A stretch of DNA of 64,000 nucleotides, taken from the NCBI GenBank assembly GCA_963730935.1, contig CAVSTP010000002.1:800001-864000 (forward strand), in the 5' to 3' direction. The DNA comes from an uncultured Nitrospiraceae bacterium (GTDB lineage: Bacteria > Nitrospirota > Nitrospiria > Nitrospirales > Nitrospiraceae). Shown piece by piece: positions 58,267-64,000 of the stretch. The position numbers and the translations under genes were made by a program. The notes under the pieces are model-generated. The model was not told the origin of the DNA. It saw only the letters and a list, made by a program, of their open reading frames with translations, and ran no database searches. Position 1 is the first letter of the stretch. Each line of letters opens with the position of its first letter.

Positions 58267-58272
58267 TGCCGT

Positions 58273-59001
58273 TTACTTCGTTTCTTTTTGTTCGCGCAAG
58301 CGCTTCAGCTGCGTGTCAAGGCGGCGCATCAACTCTTCCATTGCCCTCGCCTTCGCGAGCTCCAGGACGGTTTTGTCTTCCACCAGGGCGGCCGGCCCCA
58401 CCTTCTCGATTTTCGCGTCGGTCTGTTCCTCGAACAGCCGCGCTCCTGTCTTGACGTCCCACAGTGTCGCTTTCAACAGACAGAGCGCATCGCTCTGCGT
58501 GCCGTCGGCCACGTAGGCGCCCAGGATGGTCCAATACCACAAGGCGGCCTTGTAATTATTGTAGCGATCGACGGCAGCAGCCCCGTCAAATATCAACAGC
58601 CAGTCGACGCCATAGCGCGTCGCAGCCGCTCTGAGTTCCGTCAAAGTGTGACCCTTCAATGACGACAGCGTCAGGAATCCGGCGCTCTTTCCTCCTGTGT
58701 CGAGCGGAACCCGTTTGGACCAGGCCAGCACGTCATCCCGGTCGCGGCTTGTCCATTCGAACTCGCGGTGGAGGAAGCCTGTGGGTTTCAAGTAGAGACC
58801 AAGTTGAGGCGCGTCTGAACGCACCGGAGCGGCGGCGGCTGTCGACGTGTCGATAAAACGAGATTCTTCCTGCCGGATCTCATCTTGGAGAAACTCACGA
58901 GAAAGGCCCTGGCTGCTCGCGCAGCCGCTGAGTCCCAGAAGAGCAACTAGAAGGGAAAGTGCCCATCGGATCGCTTGAGCGCGTTTCACGTCTGTCGGCA
59001 T
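58273..59001 (-). CDS. Lipoprotein of unknown function
   Basis: Lipobox LSGC; YWTILGAYV and LWDVKTG motifs. Confidence 0.75.
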   Translation of the reverse strand: MPTDVKRAQAIRWALSLLVALLGLSGCASSQGLSREFLQDEIRQEESRFIDTSTAAAAPVRSDAPQLGLYLKPTGFLHREFEWTSRDRDDVLAWSKRVPLDTGGKSAGFLTLSSLKGHTLTELRAAATRYGVDWLLIFDGAAAVDRYNNYKAALWYWTILGAYVADGTQSDALCLLKATLWDVKTGARLFEEQTDAKIEKVGPAALVEDKTVLELAKARAMEELMRRLDTQLKRLREQKETK

Positions 59002-59028
59002 GATGAACTCTTGTGCGTAGAGGATCGC

Positions 59029-59493
59029 CTATTCCGTGAGCGGGGTGATGCGATCGGCCACGGCCTGAACAATGCCTTCACGCTCGCCGGCAACTTTCAG
59101 GCCCTGAAAGCTCAGATAGTAGCCGCCATGGTTCGGCGCCTGGATGGTCGCAAGGAGCTCCACCCGCGCACCGTCTTCGACGTCAGGATCCTTCACCGTC
59201 GGGAAACCGCAGATGCCGAACACGGCCACGTTGATCGAGGCCGTCTCGTCTTCGAGGTAGAAGAGATAGGCGCCATAGCAGGTTGTACCGGCCGGCAATC
59301 TATACGGATCCAGCGGCTGGACGTTCCGGACGGTTCCGGAGAGCATGACTTGTTTCAGATGATAGCTCGCCGGTGCATCGAGGATCTCACGAATCGTGGG
59401 GGAATCGGCTGCCGAAGCGCTCGAACATAGGACGAACCCATAACTCATCACACACGCAGACCACAAGAGAAGGCGGATGACTCTTCGGTACAT
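59029..59493 (-). CDS. Hypothetical exported protein, probable OB fold
   Basis: Signal peptide; TIREIL..P..Y..KQVMLSGTV and FYLEDETASI segments typical of periplasmic OB folds. Confidence 0.65.
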   Translation of the reverse strand: MYRRVIRLLLWSACVMSYGFVLCSSASAADSPTIREILDAPASYHLKQVMLSGTVRNVQPLDPYRLPAGTTCYGAYLFYLEDETASINVAVFGICGFPTVKDPDVEDGARVELLATIQAPNHGGYYLSFQGLKVAGEREGIVQAVADRITPLTE

Positions 59494-59600
59494 CGGGAAG
59501 GATTCTAGCATTTCTCCATTGCGTCAGACGATCCATCAACGATCTTTCGCCGTTCGAGGTCTCTCGCTATAATCCGCAAGCTCAAGTCAGGAGGAGGTTC

Positions 59601-60968
59601 ATGGCCATACAAGACCGACTGGAGACCTACGTTGTCGAACGGCGCCCACACTTCGAAGACCTGTTGGGCCAAATGGTCGAGGTTCCCTCGATTAGCATGG
59701 ATCCCTCGAAGGCGAACGACATGCGGCGCATGGCCGACATGGCGGCGCAGGTGTTGGCCGACATGGGCGCCGAATCCCGGATCGTCGAGACCGGTGGCTA
59801 TCCAATCGTGTCTGGTGGCTGGATGGCCGGAGCCCAATACCCCACGGTGACCATTTACAACCATCTTGATGTTCAGCCTGCCCAGGAGCCCGAATGGCAG
59901 CGGGAGCCATTTGCGTTCACATGCGAAGATGGCATCTATCATGGCCGAGGCGCCACCGATGACAAGGGCCCGGCCCTTTCAGCTCTTTTTGGAGCTCGTT
60001 TTGCCATCGACCAGGGTTTGCCGATCAATATCCGGTTTCTCTGGGAGCTCGAAGAAGAAATCGGGAGCCCGCATTTCGCTGCAGGGCTCAAGAAACGGAC
60101 GGAGGTGCCTTGTCCCGATTCGGTGGTCGTCTCGGATACCATCTGGATCGCCAAAGGACAGCCGGCGATGCCGTATGGATTGCGAGGGTTAATAGGTGCC
60201 AGGCTCAACCTGCGAACAGGCAGCAAAGACGCCCATTCGGGTGTCACGGGCGGTGCGGCGAGAAATCCCCTTGCCGAACTCATGGAAGTCGCCCAGGCCT
60301 GTGTCGATGCCAAAACCGGAGAGGTGAAGATACCGGGCTTTTACAAGGATGTCGTGAAGCCGACAAAAGAGGAAATCAAAAGCTTCCTCAGGTCGGGGTT
60401 TCAGGTTAGGCGCTTCAAAGAGGCCTACGGTTTCCACTCATTGAGGACGAATGATCCGGCCGAAGTCATGCGGCGCATTTGGGCGGCTCCGACGTTTGAG
60501 ATACATGGCTTGAGCGGCGGCTATCACGGACCAGGAATTAAAACAGTGGTGCCAAGCCACGGCGAGTTGAAAATCACCATGCGGCTCGTCCCTGATCAAA
60601 CGCCGGCAAAGATATTCGCGCTGTTCAAGAAATACGTCTCGAAGTTGAATCCCAGCGTCAAAGTGGACCCCGAAAACATGCTTCATCCGTTCAAAGGCAG
60701 TTTCGAAGGTCCCTATGTCGAATGCGTGAAGCGGGCGGCGAAGGCAGCGTTCGGCAAAGAGCCGGCATTTATACGCGAAGGAGGATCGATTGGGGCCATG
60801 GTGACAATGCAAAAGGCCTGGAAGGTGCCGATCCTCTTCCTCGGACTCAGCCTGCCGGAGCACGGTTATCATGCGCCGAACGAATATTTCGATTGGGGCC
60901 AGGCCTCGGGCGGCATGAAGGCCTTTGCGCATTATTTTGCGGAACTCGCCAAAATGGGAAAACGGTAG
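59601..60968 (+). CDS. M20/M25/M40 family metallo-dipeptidase
   Basis: YNHLDVQP, GRGATDDKG, EEEIGS, GGSIG and YHAPNE motifs; AGGAGGAGG SD and upstream TATAAT. Confidence 0.93.
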   Translation: MAIQDRLETYVVERRPHFEDLLGQMVEVPSISMDPSKANDMRRMADMAAQVLADMGAESRIVETGGYPIVSGGWMAGAQYPTVTIYNHLDVQPAQEPEWQREPFAFTCEDGIYHGRGATDDKGPALSALFGARFAIDQGLPINIRFLWELEEEIGSPHFAAGLKKRTEVPCPDSVVVSDTIWIAKGQPAMPYGLRGLIGARLNLRTGSKDAHSGVTGGAARNPLAELMEVAQACVDAKTGEVKIPGFYKDVVKPTKEEIKSFLRSGFQVRRFKEAYGFHSLRTNDPAEVMRRIWAAPTFEIHGLSGGYHGPGIKTVVPSHGELKITMRLVPDQTPAKIFALFKKYVSKLNPSVKVDPENMLHPFKGSFEGPYVECVKRAAKAAFGKEPAFIREGGSIGAMVTMQKAWKVPILFLGLSLPEHGYHAPNEYFDWGQASGGMKAFAHYFAELAKMGKR

Positions 60969-60971
60969 GCG

Positions 60972-61673
60972 TCAACCGCTCCCAACATCAAATTTCCATT
61001 CTCCCAACCGGCCGGGCAAGGCGACCGCGGCTGCGACTTGCTTGATATAGACGTTGCGTGGGATCTCTTCGGCACCCAAGCGCAGCACGTGGGGCGAGGA
61101 TTGCTGACAGTCGATGATGCGGAAGTTCCATGTACGCAGTTGACGCACGAGAGACACCAGGGCGACTTTCGATGCGTCATCCACCTTTGTGAACATCGAT
61201 TCCGCGAAGAAGGCGCTGCCGATAGCCACGCCATACAGACCGCCGACCAGCTGGTCGTTCTGCCACGTTTCGACCGAGTGGGCATAGCCTGCCTCATGGA
61301 GCGCGGTATAGGCCTCCAACATGGCCGGCGTGATCCACGTTCCCCCTTCCGGATATTGCGGCCGCGGCCCGGCGCAATGCCGCACGATCGTCTCAAAACA
61401 TCTGTCGAGCGTCACGGTGAAATGGCCCGGCCGAAGGCTGCGCTTCAGGCTACGCGAGATATGGAGATGTTCCGGGAAGAGGACGGTGCGGGGATCGGGA
61501 GACCACCAGAGGATGGGCTGACCTTCGTTGTACCAGGGAAAGATGCCGTGCCGGTATGCTTCGAGCAGCCGTTGAGGCTGAAGATCGCCGCCGATGGCAA
61601 GCAGCCCGTCGGACGTCGCATGCTCGACGGCGGGAAAGCTGAGATCGCGCGGATTTCGGCTCAACCGGACCAT
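60972..61673 (-). CDS. aat: Leucyl/phenylalanyl-tRNA-protein transferase
   Basis: GLLAIGGDL, AYRHGIFPW, WWSPDPR, AHSVETW, AESMF and ASKVAL motifs. Confidence 0.96.
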   Translation of the reverse strand: MVRLSRNPRDLSFPAVEHATSDGLLAIGGDLQPQRLLEAYRHGIFPWYNEGQPILWWSPDPRTVLFPEHLHISRSLKRSLRPGHFTVTLDRCFETIVRHCAGPRPQYPEGGTWITPAMLEAYTALHEAGYAHSVETWQNDQLVGGLYGVAIGSAFFAESMFTKVDDASKVALVSLVRQLRTWNFRIIDCQQSSPHVLRLGAEEIPRNVYIKQVAAAVALPGRLGEWKFDVGSG

Positions 61674-61689
61674 GGCTGAGCGGTGCTCG

Positions 61690-63387
61690 TCATCCGTTGT
61701 TCGGTGCTCTGGAGGCCAGCAAGGGTTGGAAGATCGGATCGGCGTCAAGGACGGATTTCAATGAGTCCGCTCCGATGAAGAAGTCCCAAATCTGCTGGTT
61801 GTTCCCCGGCACCTCGCCGAACCATCGTTTGGCTTCCGTGAGGCGCTGGAGAATGACGCCATTATCCCGGTTCGGAGTGAACAGCAGGCTGTACGCCTTC
61901 GTATACTCGGCGATGAACTTGTCGAGAGGAATTTCTGCAAAGGTGCCGGCTTGGTCGGCGTCTTGATAGGCGGCACGGACGTCTTTGTCGTCAAGGTTGC
62001 GGTTCCAGGCGACCTTGTTGATGCGCGACCAGGCCAACTGTAAGAGGGCCTCGGCTTTGGCGGTTTTGCGCTCGGACGGCACGTCTTTGACCAATTGCTC
62101 GTGCACTTCGATGGAAAGATCCTGATCGAGATTCCAGCGGAGCGCGACTCCCCACCGGAAACGATTGTCGAGCTGTTGGGGGCGGACCTGCGCCAGTGTG
62201 CGCAGCGCGGGAAGCAGGCGATACAGGTAATCGGCCGTCGTCGGCTGTTCCAACCCTCCCATCTCCATGGCCAGCGAAAGATCCAGCCGTTCCCCTTGCG
62301 CATACACATTCCAATACTGCTCGTTGACCGCCATCGCCAATGCCGGATCCTTCACGTTGAGCTTGTGCGCCTGCACCGCCTCGCGCAGAATCGCGGCATA
62401 GAGATCCCTGGTCAGGACCGTCAAGGCTTCCGCTTGGTTCGGATCGATGATCAACACGCGATTCAGCATGGCGACCCGATCACGCAAACTCGGAAAGCCG
62501 GCGGCTCGGGCGGCAGAGGCGATCAGCAATCCGGGCGCGTCTTCGGGACCCCACCACACGACGGAGCCAGTGATTGCCTTACTGAATTCGGTCACAAAGG
62601 GGATGATTTCCTGGGGGATACCATCGACCGGAGTCCCGTCGTTCACCAAGAGGTTGACCACCGCCGAATCGCTCGGAAATCCATGTTTCTTGAGGCCGGA
62701 CAGCACGACCCATTGCGTGTTGAGGCTTTTCACAGCCCGTCGTGCCGGTTTCACCGTGTTGGTCCATTTGTAACTGCCAGGCGCTTTCGTGATGGGCGCG
62801 GTCAGCGGATCCTGATAGGCGACGTTGAGGATGACCAGCGTCGCCGGCACTGAGACTAGCGGGGCCTGCGGGCGCACGCGGAAGGACGCATTCGGCAACG
62901 GCGTCGTCGAGACCGCGGTCAGGTGAAGACCGCTGCCGGGAGGCGACAAGCCGATGGCATCCATCACAAAGGCGGATGCCGGATAGTGGTCGAGATCATC
63001 ACGGAAAAAGGGTAAAGCACCGTTGGAGGGCCAGAGCACATCCATCCCGCCGTCTACTCGAGCCAGGGCCGGTTCATGCGCCGCTTTGAGTCCTTGCACA
63101 CACGTATCAGAGGAGGCATCAGACGGTGCAGGAGAGGCCGCATGTGGCTGTTTGGCGACCAGGAGTCGGTACTGGCACGCGAAGTCGAGATTGGCGGTCT
63201 TAATCGGGTCGCCCTTTGAGATTGCTTCTGCGTACTGCAAAGCCACGGATGCGGCCGGCGACAGGCCTTTGGACTTTTTCTTCGAAGAAGACGCCGCATC
63301 GACAGGCGTAATTGTGAACACGAGACATGCAGCGACAAGCCCTGTGAGGACCGAACCAGGTCGTGCAATACCATTGAGCCTGATCAT
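61690..63387 (-). CDS. Large exported hypothetical protein with helical/TPR-like C-terminal half
   Basis: AAGGAG SD; signal peptide ending VDA; long ORF; NRVLIIDPNQAEAL TPR-like segment. Confidence 0.7.
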   Translation of the reverse strand: MIRLNGIARPGSVLTGLVAACLVFTITPVDAASSSKKKSKGLSPAASVALQYAEAISKGDPIKTANLDFACQYRLLVAKQPHAASPAPSDASSDTCVQGLKAAHEPALARVDGGMDVLWPSNGALPFFRDDLDHYPASAFVMDAIGLSPPGSGLHLTAVSTTPLPNASFRVRPQAPLVSVPATLVILNVAYQDPLTAPITKAPGSYKWTNTVKPARRAVKSLNTQWVVLSGLKKHGFPSDSAVVNLLVNDGTPVDGIPQEIIPFVTEFSKAITGSVVWWGPEDAPGLLIASAARAAGFPSLRDRVAMLNRVLIIDPNQAEALTVLTRDLYAAILREAVQAHKLNVKDPALAMAVNEQYWNVYAQGERLDLSLAMEMGGLEQPTTADYLYRLLPALRTLAQVRPQQLDNRFRWGVALRWNLDQDLSIEVHEQLVKDVPSERKTAKAEALLQLAWSRINKVAWNRNLDDKDVRAAYQDADQAGTFAEIPLDKFIAEYTKAYSLLFTPNRDNGVILQRLTEAKRWFGEVPGNNQQIWDFFIGADSLKSVLDADPIFQPLLASRAPNNG

Positions 63388-63482
63388 GAGCAATTCACTC
63401 CTTGAATCGAGATAAGAGATAAAGACAGGTACTGTACCACGCGGATTTTCCGGTGCGAAAGGGGCGCCAGGTCCCCGGTCAA

Positions 63483-63878
63483 TTACGGCTGCGGGGGACC
63501 CGGCGTGGCCGAGCGGGTAAATTTGACCAGAGAGCGGATATAGGCCAGAACAGCGACCTGGTCTTCGGGGGACAGCCGGTCCTCCCACCCCGCCATCGCG
63601 GTGCGGGATCGTCCTTTCGCAATGATCTTGAGAAGTTCCTGGTCAGATTTCGCTGATGTCTGGGCGGAAATCAGATTGCCGGGTCGCGGTGACAAGGACG
63701 TGGCCTGTTGGCCGTCGCCTTTACCCTCTGCTCCATGGCAGTCGGCGCAATGTCGTTGGTAAAGCACGCGTCCTTGCTCGAGGTCCGAAGGAGACATGGC
63801 AGCCGATGCAGAGCCGATGCTGTTGAGGAGCGATCCCAGCACGCCGAGTCCCGCTGCGATCGCAATCTGCCGCCTCAC
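63483..63878 (-). CDS. Class I c-type cytochrome
   Basis: Signal peptide, CADCH haem motif, distal Met in RTAMAGW. Confidence 0.9.
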   Translation of the reverse strand: MRRQIAIAAGLGVLGSLLNSIGSASAAMSPSDLEQGRVLYQRHCADCHGAEGKGDGQQATSLSPRPGNLISAQTSAKSDQELLKIIAKGRSRTAMAGWEDRLSPEDQVAVLAYIRSLVKFTRSATPGPPQP

Positions 63879-64000
63879 GCACGCGCCTCCGGCTTCCAGG
63901 CTCGGAGAATCTCCTGCCGGAGCCGCGCACGGTCATACGCCGAAAGCGGCGGGGGCTCATGCTGCCGGCACAACTTCACGGTATCGCGCAGCGAGGCGAT
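63875..64000 (-). CDS. 3' end of a gene truncated by the window edge, possibly a zf-HC2 anti-sigma-like protein
   Basis: ...IASLRDTVKLCRQHEPPPLSAYDRARLRQEILRAWKPEARA*; GTGA overlap with the cytochrome c start. Confidence 0.5.
   Translation of the reverse strand: MASLRDTVKLCRQHEPPPLSAYDRARLRQEILRAWKPEARA

Overview
GC-rich bacterial chromosomal segment, densely coding. Gene content and the intergenic repeat type suggest Nitrospira or a relative (inference). In order, it holds a trehalose module (GH15 divergent from a membrane-anchored otsA plus otsB), sdhCAB, lemA-TPM-TPM, murJ-ogt-dtd, mtgA/engB, surA-PPIase-mfd, a gmhA-hypothetical-sprT-dinB-rfaE2 run, nfeD-SPFH, an orphan TIGR02710-like CARF/HEPN protein, hemL, a barnase/barstar pair, an M16 peptidase pair, a SatP-like channel, an oversized CorA-like protein, a full kdpFABC-kdpDE locus with an extra micropeptide, two head-to-head paralogous outer-membrane barrels, an M20 peptidase, aat and a cytochrome c. 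I saw no rRNA, tRNA, CRISPR array, transposase or integrase. Best leads: (1) an extended Kdp system with KdpE-like boxes also in front of a porin gene and next to the CorA-like gene; (2) two orphan proteins resembling type III CRISPR effectors (degenerate CARF-HEPN and CRISPR-type CorA) with no cas genes in the window; (3) a trehalose-6-P synthase fused to a periplasmic sensor-like domain; (4) dispersed structured intergenic repeats; (5) many apparently leaderless genes. All family assignments come from motif recognition by eye, not from database searches.
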